Of a DNA stretch of 64,000 nucleotides, positions 15,188 through 25,600 are shown piece after piece. The translations under genes and the position numbers were made by a program. How positions within the stretch are numbered: position 1 is the stretch's first letter; every line of letters starts with the position of its first letter. Below the pieces are notes generated by a model. It was not told the DNA's origin and did no database searches. It saw only the letters and a program-made list of their open reading frames with translations. Origin of the DNA: Anolis carolinensis (lineage: Eukaryota); assembly GCF_035594765.1 (NCBI RefSeq), contig NC_085841.1, positions 176,561,574 to 176,625,573 on the forward strand, given 5' to 3'.

Positions 15188-15724
15188 CTGTAAAGACAAA
15201 GCAAAAAAAAAATTATTGCATGCCCCTGTCTCCAAGGTGCAATAACCATGTTCACATTAAAGAGCAATTTTACAATTTGACCAATAATGTAAACTGGCAA
15301 TCCAAAGTCTAATGGGTATACATTCTAATGAGAAGAGATAATAGCACTTGCAATTGTATTTTATCATTTGTAATATACAGGGTACGAGTGAAACAAAAAT
15401 CTCTTGAATGTGAGGTGTACTTTCAATCACGGTAAATATGAAAAAAGTTTAATACTTTTGGAACATTTCTTTTTTCCACATGACTGAATTTTCAGTAAGA
15501 CTGTTTAAGTGAATCATTTGTTTCAAGAAAATGCTAGAACATTTAGTCTAAAAAGGGAAATGTACGTTGTCACACTTTGATAGTTATTTGGAACAGAGTA
15601 ATCTGTTTTCTAAAGCAGACACTCCTAACATTACCCAATGCTCAGGGATTCTGGGAGCTGTTGTCTTAACAAACATCCACAGAATATCACACCGTTGAAG
15701 GTAAACTTAGAGCACTGCTTCTTA

Positions 15725-15873
15725 AGCCCCTTCTACACTGTCATATAAAATCCAGATTATCAGATTTGAAGTGGATTATATGGTAGTGTAGTCTCATATA
15801 ATCCAGTTCAAAGCACATAGTCTGGATTATCTGACTTGATAATCAGAATTATATGGCAGTGTAGAAGGGGCCT
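15725..15873. mobile_element. PIF/Harbinger-like MITE
   Basis: TIRs gccccttctacactg / cagtgtagaaggggc with TTA/TAA flanks and a palindromic body. Confidence 0.75.
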
Positions 15874-17871
15874 TAAACTGTGGATCCTGACACCAAATGT
15901 GGTCCCCTTAGATCAATGTTGGGTTCCTGAAAAAATTGCCAACAGTAAACTTTTTCTGAACATCACCCGTTCAGACATTTACACAAATCCGTAATGCAGT
16001 GTTTACAGTGGAATCTGCAGAGGATGCCTCAGCTGTACTTCATAAATAGAAACATCAGCTTTTTTAGCAAGCCTGCCAAATGCTTATCTGTTTTCAGTAA
16101 ATGTTCGATTTTTATGCCTGTTTTATATATCTATAGATATACAAATATCTCAGGCCAAAATGGATCCCAAGTGGAAAAAATTAAGAAGCCCTGTCTTAGA
16201 GGTTTGAAAACCTCTATAGTAATACGATGTTTTACATTTAGGTGCAACTGAAAGACATTTCACCATCTCCTAAATAGCTGCTGTCTTGGGGATAGTTACG
16301 AAATGATACCCAAAAGGGTTCCAAAGTACTTTGAAGAAACACCCCTGCTAAAGAAGTAATGAACGAAATGATGACGCAGAAAAAAACCCCACAAAAACAA
16401 ACAAAAGCAGTTAAAGGAAACCACACAAGATCAAGTGTTTTGGGTTTCCAGAAAGAAGTATCAGATGAAAAAGCCCCAAAACATATCATCCAAACACAAA
16501 CACAGTCATTCCATAATTTCATGAGGGCCATCAGGGAAGACTTGCATTTGCAACCTGATTTGGCCTGGATGATGATTTCTTCAACCCATCTCAAATTAGA
16601 AAGATTCAATATGAAGTGTGTACTTCTATCAGGACTTTTCACAAAAGTATGTGTGATAGCAGTGTAGTATGATCATACTAATCTGAAGCCAACCATATCT
16701 TTGCAGCAACATTCATTCATCACCAGTTGCAATTATTATATTATATGCATGAATTACACAAGCAAGATCACAATGGCAACATCTTTAGCTCGGCAAATGC
16801 AAAGACTGCCCAAAACCCAAAGAACCTGAACATCGACTGAACACATAAAGTCTCATTTTTTATCTCATTCATTAGACTTTTGGCTATATCATTTTAACAC
16901 GTAATGTCTGGCACATATTACAAAAAAAAAAAAAACCAATAGTAATTGTGACTGTGACTCTGTGTCATTTCAAAACAAAATACTAAGCTGGGAAGACAGT
17001 GGTCCAATCACAGAAATGATTCCAAATTCTCTTAATGCCTTCTAAGAAACTATGTTCAACACAAATAGTAGTACTAAATTAAAGAGTATGTCTTTGTTTC
17101 AATTAAGCTAATTAAGCCTAATGCCAGCATAACAATGGGAGTGGGGGGAGGATGTTTCAGCAGAAAGCTGGAGATAAATAACGAATGTTGCTACTTTTCA
17201 TTGAAAGAGTTGTTTTTATTTGATAGTGTCCTGATGCATTATGTTTGCAGCTCCATTAATTTACATGAAAAAGGAGTAATGCAACTAACATTGTTTACTT
17301 GGGAAAAATAATGATATAGACAAAATAGCTTAAAAGTAAACCACCAATTTGCAGAGCTCGAGTTTACTATGCCAGTAAAAACAAACTAATTACCATAGTA
17401 TTTTAAAAGAATCAGATTCATATCTACATGGGGTTTAATGATGTAATTCATAGGATCAATTTGTAAGCTATATAATACTATTAAATAAATGAACTGTTTC
17501 CTGGTCCTACGGCAGTAGCATGAAACTCTGTTCTTGATGTATTGGAGCTTAATACGTCAAATCCATATGTTATTAAAACACCTGAATGAAACAAAACCAT
17601 AAAAATACAAGTCCCGCGATATGTACATCTCCAGCCATTCTTCTCTGCACTTTATTTTTTTGTACCTAACTGGAGGAGCCTATTGTAATTTCACTTTCAT
17701 TTCATTTCCAATCTCATTAATGTAGACAATTCTTGCACTGTGAATATTCTGACTACTTAAAGACCAGTCCTGCTTTAAAAGTAACTTCAATTAAAGCAAG
17801 TACTAATAGTGTAACACAGTTCTGTGATGTCTAGAGATGTAATTTTTGTGGAAATTATTTTGTTCATTTTT

Positions 17872-18231
17872 GTCTTTGTCAGGAGTGACTTGAGAAACTG
17901 CAAGTCGCTTCTGGTGTGAGAGAATTGGCCGTCTGCAAGGACGCTGCCCAGGGGATGCTCAGATGTTTGATGTTTTACCATCCTGTGGGAGGCTTCTCTC
18001 ATGTCCCCGCATGGAAAGCTGGAGCTGACATAAGGGAGCTCACCCTGTTCTCCCTGGATTCAAACCACTGACCTGTCGGTGAGCAGTCCTGCTGATACAT
18101 ATTTATACATATTGGCATCACATTGCTACCTGCTTTAAGTCTGCCCTGAGTCCCCCTTTTAGTGTGAAAAGGGCAGGATACAAATATGTAAAATAAATAA
18201 GAGTTTAACCCATTGCGCCATCAAGAGCTCC
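17872..18231 (-). mobile_element. Sauria SINE interrupted by an L2-type 3' tail fragment (~18100-18200)
   Basis: Reverse complement of the SINE at 60690-60957; the inserted piece ccctgagtcccc...gggcaggatacaaat...aataaataa matches L2-type tails elsewhere in the window. Confidence 0.8.
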
Positions 18232-18639
18232 TTTTGTTCATGAATGGATGGGAGAAGCTTTCAGTGGTAATAAAAAGTGTAATGAAGGAATAAAACAGAA
18301 TGTATTTGCACAAGAATTAACACATAAAAGTTATATTAATGTTTTTTAAAAACTATAAATAGCTTAATATGTGATAGTGCAAAAAGTAACATTTCTTGTA
18401 ATGATATGGCCCTTATCTGCAGCAATTTCCTGACACTTTGCAGTATGAGTGAAAATGGAATTATCACAATGCAACACAAAAAACCAAAAATAAAAGGGAC
18501 ATAAACCTGGATTTAGTTTATGGTTACTTCTACAAGTCTATATAAATTTGCCTTAAAATTATCAACTTCTTTTTGTCTCATATTTTGATCATAAATTATT
18601 TTTGCAATTATTTCTGTTATGATTATTATAACATGTAAT

Positions 18640-18920
18640 GCTCACCAGTAACCTAGTTAGGCAGCAGAGCTTGGTATTATCGAGAATTTGGACCCCTCCC
18701 TGGCAAAGAAAATGAATTATATAAAATATAAATAGACGCGGTTCCATTTGTACATACAGCGAGCACGTGCGCCTTTGCCCTGCAGTAATCTCTTTATGAA
18801 TTAACCCTGGAATGTTGTCTAACACCCTGATGGACCCTCAGGAAATGATTCCTTAAATTACCATAATCCGCTCACAATGAATTGGGAAACGTGAGCAGGG
18901 CACATAATGAATTTGTGTCA
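18640..18920. promoter_or_regulatory. Candidate conserved intronic enhancer
   Basis: Unique sequence with retained CpGs, E-box CACGTG, TTTATGA, TAATCC, ACAATG (Sox) and several TAAT/ATTA cores. Confidence 0.4.
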
Positions 18921-19333
18921 GAGTTCCTGGGTCCCCTTGCTGCCTTTCCTGATATGATTGGGGCTATCTGTTGGAACTGTTCATTTCCCATGCCCCAAGT
19001 CAGCCTCACCTATTGTAATGGCCATCACCTTCAAGCACCCATTGTGTACTTTGGGGTATTATCATTGTGTCCACTAGAGCCCAACCATTGAGCCCATCAT
19101 GGAACCATTGGCAATCACCACATCACATTTCTTTCTGATCGCACACCTCTCAGATGCAGATCAATAAACAAACTAATATTTCAAATGCTCCAATGACAGT
19201 GTATTAAATTTCCTGCCACCACAAAAAGCCAATCAGCAATGTCATAGGATGGAGTCAGGATGCAGATCCTAGCCATACAGTTTTTGAACCAATCAAGTGT
19301 GGGTTTCTTAACTAGTCAAAATGAATAAAAGTA

Positions 19334-20441
19334 CAGTAGAGTCTCACTTATCCAACATAAACGGGCCGGCAGAACGTTGGATAAGCGAATATGTTGGATA
19401 ATAAGGAGGGTTTAAGGAAAAGCCTATTAAATGTCAAATTACATTATGGTTTTACAAATTAAGCACCAAAACATCCTGTTTGAAATACAAAACCCCTGGA
19501 AGCTGGGAACACACTGATATACTGTAGATTAATCATCTCTAGAATCCCATATTGAGCAGAGCAATGGCAACACTGGGAAACAAAAATTTGCTAAATATTT
19601 GATATTGGTCAACTGTCTCCAGAATCTCACCTGGAGCTGGGTGGCTCTGTGTTGGGAGGAGGGCTTGGCTTGTGCCTTCCAGCCTGGCAGAATGGGGCTG
19701 GGCTGGAGAGCCTCTGAAGGGAGGAGGGGGTCTCTTGTGTTTCTAGGGTGCTATGCCTCTAAAGATTCTTGCTTGGGTTAAAAGAGGAGGAGGAAGCCAG
19801 AAGTGCAAGTTGCTGCAGGGCTGACAGGGGTAAAAGAGGGGGAAGAGGGAGGAGGAGGAGAAGGAAGAGAGAGTGCGTGGGGGAGAAAAAGGAAGGAGAG
19901 GGGGGGGGGATCTGGAGCAAAATGTGTGTGTGTGTGTGCAGGAGGAAAGGGGGGTCCTCCGCTCACCCACCCAGGTAAGGAGATGACAGAAGGCAGGCAG
20001 CCCCCGCCCCACTCGCCAGCCCTGACTTGGCCTTGCCTGCGGCCCTTTCCCAAGCCCGGGCCCTCTGCTTTGGCTTCTCTCCCTCCCCATTCTTTCCTTC
20101 CAATCACGAGCCATTGATTTGGAAACAAGGCCGGCTTGGAGCCTGCACCAAGAGAAAGAGGGAGGGAGAGCCATGCGTTTCCTTTTTTCCCCCTCCTCCC
20201 TCCCTCCCCTCCCTCCCTCCCTCCCTCGCATATAAATGGCCCCCCATGGAATTATTCACCCCCCTTCCCTCCCTTCTCTTCCGAGATGCGCTTTCATCCT
20301 TCCAGTTTTTTCGAAAGGGAAAGAGCCACAGCTCTCACCTTGGATTGAGTGAAGGATGCAATGTTTCCAATTGACCACTAGATGGCGTCGGATAATACGG
20401 AGTGTCGGATAAGCGGAAGTCGGATAAGTGAGACTCTACTG
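19334..20441 (+). mobile_element. Long (1108 bp) variant of the Tc1/Mariner MITE with a GC-rich interior
   Basis: TIRs cagtagagtctcacttatcc / ggataagtgagactctactg with TA TSD; the first ~150 bp match the short copies. Confidence 0.85.
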
Positions 20442-20613
20442 TACTGTGTTTGCTATTGCAGCATGTTAGTCCTTCGGAGTATTTTCTCCACTGGCATCCT
20501 CTCTAGCCAATGAGAATAAACCTCTAATTTCGCCTTCTACCTGTCTGTGTCTCTTCCAGTCTTCTGGAAAGCTGGGCACACCTGGCCACTGAGCCTGAAG
20601 CTCTTGAGGGAGC

Positions 20614-21586
20614 TGTGATGACTCATGGGCCTTGTAGTCCTGCTTATGACACTGTAATGCCTGATGATGAAGAAAACTTGGGTTTTTTACCTTCCCAGTC
20701 TGAACTGGAATCTTCCCAGCCAGATCTTTCCCAGGCAGATCTGGGAACCTTGCACCTGCAAGAGAGTTGTGACCCAGAAGTATGTCAAACAAATCCGGAG
20801 CCCACTTCCCCTGTGTTCTCCCGCCATGAGTTTTGTAAACAACAGAGAAGTTTGGAAGCTGCTTCGCGCAGGAGTGCGAGGATAGCAGCCAAGAATTCAG
20901 CCAATTAAGTCTGCTTTTTCGTGAGAATCCTTAAGGAGGCAAACATCTGGTCTCAAAGATTAGCTTTCGTTTCTGGTTCCCAGAGAACTGCTTCGGCGGG
21001 AAAGTTAGACTCTATATAGGTGATTTACCCGCGAAGTAACTTCGCGGAGTCAATTCGTCAACCTCCGGAGCGAGTTGTGTCTGGACAGCGCGCTCCGTTT
21101 CAAGCCTCGCTCCTGCTCAAGCCTTGCCCTGCTTTTCAGCCTTCGCTCCTGTTTCTGCCTTGTTTACCTACGGACCTTGCTTGTTTCCCGGGACTAAACA
21201 TTGCCTTGTATCACGGATTTTACCAAGTTTTTTCCACGGACCTTGTTCTTGTTCCTTGTTACCTTGTTCCACGTTTTAAGCCTTGTTTCAAGTATCAAGT
21301 TATTTCCTAGCCTTGCTCAAGTTTATGGACTAAAGGACCTTGTCATCTCCCCTCACTTTGCCTGGCAAAGTGAGTGTTTCGGTTATTGGATTACAACTTT
21401 GAACCTTAATATTTCATATTGGACATCGCTTTTTTGAACTAATTTAGACCTTTCCTGAAAGGTCTGCTTTTGGACTATTTCATATACTTGCTTTTATTAA
21501 CTTTATATATTCCTTCAATAAAGATATTAGATAGATTCTGGCCTCTGTGTTTGGTTATTGGTGCCTTTGCAGCCTGGGTCCTGACA
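20614..21586 (+). repeat. 5' LTR (TATA ~21013, AATAAA 21517-21522)
   Basis: TGTGA...TGACA termini; direct repeat of 26062-27034. Confidence 0.97.
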
Positions 21587-21588
21587 GT

Positions 21589-21598
21589 TTGACTCCGC
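21589..21598 (+). promoter_or_regulatory. Self-priming primer-binding site
   Basis: TTGACTCCGC, 2 nt after the LTR end, is the exact reverse complement of GCGGAGTCAA (21044-21053), 31 nt downstream of the TATA box; no TGG-type tRNA PBS is present. Confidence 0.85.
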
Positions 21599-21629
21599 CA
21601 CCCATAAGCACCAATTAACCAAGGCCAGA

Positions 21630-22616
21630 ATGTCGACCGGAGCCGCGCCGGCTGGGCAGCCGCTCAGCTACACCATCAGCAAAGATGAAGTGGATCGCAT
21701 CCGTGACAGACTCAACGCGCAGGATGGAGAAATAAAAGGATTGAGGGAGCGCGGAGTCCGCCTCCCGGCCATGGCGTTGCCAACCAAGTTTTCTGGAGAA
21801 GCTTCCAAGGTCCAAGTTTTCCGCCGCCAGTGCCAGGCTTACCTAGAGGCCCGTGCCGCCGAGTTTCCCCAAGAAGACATCAAGGTGGCGTGGGTTTACA
21901 GCCTTCTAGACGGACCAGCGGCCAGCTGGGCGACGGCCCTATTCGATCAAGCCTCTTCCCACCTAAGAACAGCGCAACGCTTCTTGGATCACCTTAAGGA
22001 GACCTGGGGAATCGAGGACAATTTGGAGGCAGCCGGCCATAAACTCCGGCGCCTCTTTCAAGGAGACAGACCCATGTCTCAGTACATAGCTGAGTTCCGA
22101 GTGCTGGCCCACAGCACCGGCTGGAACGATGTAGCCCTCAGGGGACAATTTCGGGAGGGTCTCAACATTGAAATGCTGGAAGAAATCTCCAAGGTGGACC
22201 CTCCCCAGTCCCTCGAAGCACTCATTGACCAATGTTTACGGGCTGAAGTCTTGATTGCCAACAGGAAACAATGGGTACGTGGTCAGAGCGGTAGAGCCGG
22301 GGCAAAACCCCCCGCTCCCGCCAGCGTCCAGCCGCGTCCAGTGTGGAGACCCCCACCACCAACCCCATACCCCAGAGGGAGCGAGGAGGTGCCGATGCAG
22401 TTGGGCAACGTGCGACCCAGGTTAGATGCCGCCGAGAAGGCCCGTCGCCAACGCTTAAATCTCTGCTGGTATTGCGGAAATGGGGGCCACTTCGCCAGAG
22501 AGTGTCCAGCCAAAGGGAAGCCCGCCGCCCGTCTTGCGGCGGCGTCCTCCACGGAGACGAAGGCGTCTGAGGCGGCTGGCACACAGCCGGCGGGGGAAGC
22601 CAACGACCGGGCGTAG
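21630..22616 (+). CDS. gag: Gag (capsid plus CCHC zinc knuckle), 328 aa
   Basis: LPTKFSGE, QGDRPMSQYIAEFR (MHR-like), VPMQLG and CWYCGNGGHFAREC; sushi/PEG10-like architecture. Confidence 0.95.
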   Translation: MSTGAAPAGQPLSYTISKDEVDRIRDRLNAQDGEIKGLRERGVRLPAMALPTKFSGEASKVQVFRRQCQAYLEARAAEFPQEDIKVAWVYSLLDGPAASWATALFDQASSHLRTAQRFLDHLKETWGIEDNLEAAGHKLRRLFQGDRPMSQYIAEFRVLAHSTGWNDVALRGQFREGLNIEMLEEISKVDPPQSLEALIDQCLRAEVLIANRKQWVRGQSGRAGAKPPAPASVQPRPVWRPPPPTPYPRGSEEVPMQLGNVRPRLDAAEKARRQRLNLCWYCGNGGHFARECPAKGKPAARLAAASSTETKASEAAGTQPAGEANDRA

Positions 22617-25600
22617 AGAGGCTCGCCAACCCGGTCAAAAAAACCATTCAAGAGCCGCCAACCGGGGTCCTGTTCCTTCTAGTGGTCACCTTATGGTCAG
22701 CAAAAAGGGGACCCGTCATGATCCACGCCATGATAGACTCCGGAGCCACCAACAACTTCATTGACAGAGAGTATGCCGACTCTCTGGGATTACAATATCA
22801 TGACTTCAAGAATGCCCGTGTGGTGCAAGCCATAGACGGCCGCCCCCTCAAGACGGGGCCCGTAAGCCAGTGGTCAGAACCCACCAGGATGTGGATAAGG
22901 GAACATATGGAAGAGATTTCTTTCTTTGTTACCGAGGTTCCCCATTTCCCTGTGATTTTGGGAATCCCGTGGCTGACTCTCCACGACCCAAGCATCTCCT
23001 GGTCCAACAGAGAACTACAGTTTGCTTCAAAGTACTGCCAAAACCATTGCCTCGTAGCCAAGGTCTGCCATGCCACAGAGACCGAGCCCATCATCACCCT
23101 GCCCAAGAAGTACTCCGAGTATTGGGATGTATTCAATGAAAAAGAAGCCGAGAAATTACCCCCACATAGACCTTATGACTGTGCCATTGACTTGGTGGAG
23201 GGGGCCCCGATCCCGCGAGGGCACCTATACTCCCTGACTGAACCGGAGCAAGAAGCTCTCAGGGAATTCATAGAGACAAACCTTCGCAAGGGATTCATCA
23301 GACCCTCTCAATCCCCAGCCGCCTCCCCAGTGATGTTTGTGAAGAAGAAGTCAGGGGAATTACGCTTGGTGGTGGACTACAGAGCATTGAACAATATCAC
23401 CAAGCGGAACAGTTATCCCCTGCCCTTAATCTCGGATCTACTGGACCGACTTCGAGGAGCCAAGGTCTACACCAAGCTGGATCTTCGAGGGGCTTATAAT
23501 CTAGTTCGCATCAGAGAAGGGGACGAGTGGAAGACTGCCTTTCAGACTAAATTCGGATTATTCGAGTCCCGAGTTATGAATTATGGATTATGCGGAGCCC
23601 CCGCAACGTTCCAGCATTTTGTCAATGATATTTTTCAGGACTATCTAGATCGGTTCTTGATAATCTACCTGGACGATTTTTTGGTGTTTTCTAGATCACA
23701 ATCAGAACATGAGAACCACGTCAAAATGGTGTTACAACGTTTGCGAGATCATGGACTTTATGCCAAGTTGGAAAAATGCGCTTTCGATCTACAAGAGGTA
23801 GATTTCCTTGGTTACCGTATCTCGCCTCTAGGGCTCTCCATGGATCCAGCCAAGGTTTCAGCAGTATTGGAGTGGCGGGCGCCAACTAACAAGAAAGAGG
23901 TGCAACGTTTCTTGGGGTTCGCGAACTATTACCGCAAGTTCATTCCAGATTTTGCCCGCTGGTCTGACCCAATCACTAGCTGCATCCGTGGAAAACAGCC
24001 CTTCCGCTGGACTGATCAAGCAGAGAAAGGGTTCCAGCAATTAAAGAAATTATTCACGTCCCAGCCAATTCTACAGCACCCAGATCCTGGAACCCCTTTT
24101 GTTGTGCAAGCGGACGCCTCGGACGTGGCAATTGGGGCTGTACTCTTACAACCGGTGGGAGACCACCTTCATCCCTGTGCCTTTTACTCCCGTCAACTAA
24201 CCACACCAGAGAGAAATTACACCATTTGGGAAAAGGAACTACTGGCCATAAAGGCAGCCTTTGAAACTTGGAGACATTGGCTAGAAGGGGCCAAATTTCC
24301 CATTGAAGTCCACACTGATCATCGAAATCTAGAACATCTAAGAACTGCCCGCAAACTAAATCAGAGGCAGCAACGTTGGGCTTTATTCTTTGAACGTTTC
24401 AACTTCCAGATCCATTATGTGACCCCAGCCCAAACCAAGCAAGCAGACGCCCTGTCACGTAAACCGGAATACGCTGCAGGACGCAAGGAGACCTTTGAAT
24501 CCCAACTACTACAACCCGAGAACTTTGCCACGCTCACAGTGGGGAACACCAAATCCACTCCCATTGGTTCAACTTCCTCTACTCCAGGACCCATCTGTGC
24601 TCAAGAAATCAGGGCCAGTCAGCAAGCAGATGCCTGGGCGCAGGACCAACTTCGTCAAGGTCTGCATTTTCCCTTTTCGCTTAAAGATGGACTGCTTTGC
24701 TATAGAAATCATGTTTATATCCCACCCGGACCGGGCAGGGAAAAAGCGCTTCGTCTGTGTCATGACTGCAAACCAGCAGGGCATTTCGGACTATTTAAAA
24801 CCATGCATCTGATCCTAAGGGATTTTTGGTGGCCCAAGATCCGCAAAGATGTGGAAAAATATGTCAACACCTGCCCAGTATGCCAGCGCTCCAAGATAAG
24901 AAGGGAGAAACCCTCGGGGCTTCTACATCCCCTTCCTACCCCATCTCGCCCATGGGAAATAATTTCTGCGGATTTCATCACTGACCTACCACCTTCCTGT
25001 GGATTCACCACGATCCTAGTGGTGGTGGACCTTTTCACCAAGTTAGCCCATTTCATACCCTGTGAAGGTCTCCCCACGGCCAAAGAGACTGCAGATCTAT
25101 TCCTTCAACATGTTTTCAGACTACATGGATTGCCCAAGAGTTTAGTCACAGACCGTGGATCTCAATTCACCTCTCGTTTTTGGAAGGCACTACAGAAACT
25201 ATTGGGCATAGACTCTCGCTTATCTTCAGCTCATCATCCTCAAACAGATGGGCAAACGGAGCGCACCAATGCCACCTTGGAGCAGTATCTTCGCTGTTAT
25301 GTAAACTACCAACAGGACAATTGGGCTTCTCTGTTACCACTGTCAGAGTTTGCTTATAACAATGGAGTTCAAGCTTCTACAAAAGAAACGCCGTTCTTTG
25401 CAAACTACGGCTTCCACCCACGTTTCTTTCCCCCTGTCATTGAAACTTCAGAAGTTCCCGCAGCAGAGGATTGGCTGCAGGAACTCACAGCGGTACAACA
25501 ACTTTTGCTCCAGCAACTGGACCAAGCCAAGGAGGACTATAAACGCCACGCTGACAAACATCGCCAGCCGGGCCCCGAAATCAAGGTAGGAGATCGGGTT

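Noticed and set aside
16238-16667. Overlapping 134-aa and 102-aa ORFs
   Set aside because: No domain similarity or exon signals; likely chance ORFs in compositionally skewed intron DNA.
19743-20374. Cluster of ORFs up to 162 aa
   Set aside because: Low-complexity GA/CT-rich interior of a MITE; no protein motifs.
21020-21310. 96-aa hydrophobic ORF in the LTR R region (also 26468-26758; 110 aa at 47693-48025)
   Set aside because: The two LTR variants read the shared 5' sequence in different frames and agree only near the end (QVIS); pyrimidine-rich DNA lacks stops by composition.
21587-21629. tRNA primer-binding site for the Gypsy element
   Set aside because: No TGG-initiated tRNA complement is present; the self-complementary match explains the site.
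22350-22375. PPPPTPYP in Gag as a viral late domain, and a possible env gene
   Set aside because: It does not fit PPxY, PTAP or YPxL, and there is no room for env because pol runs into the LTR.
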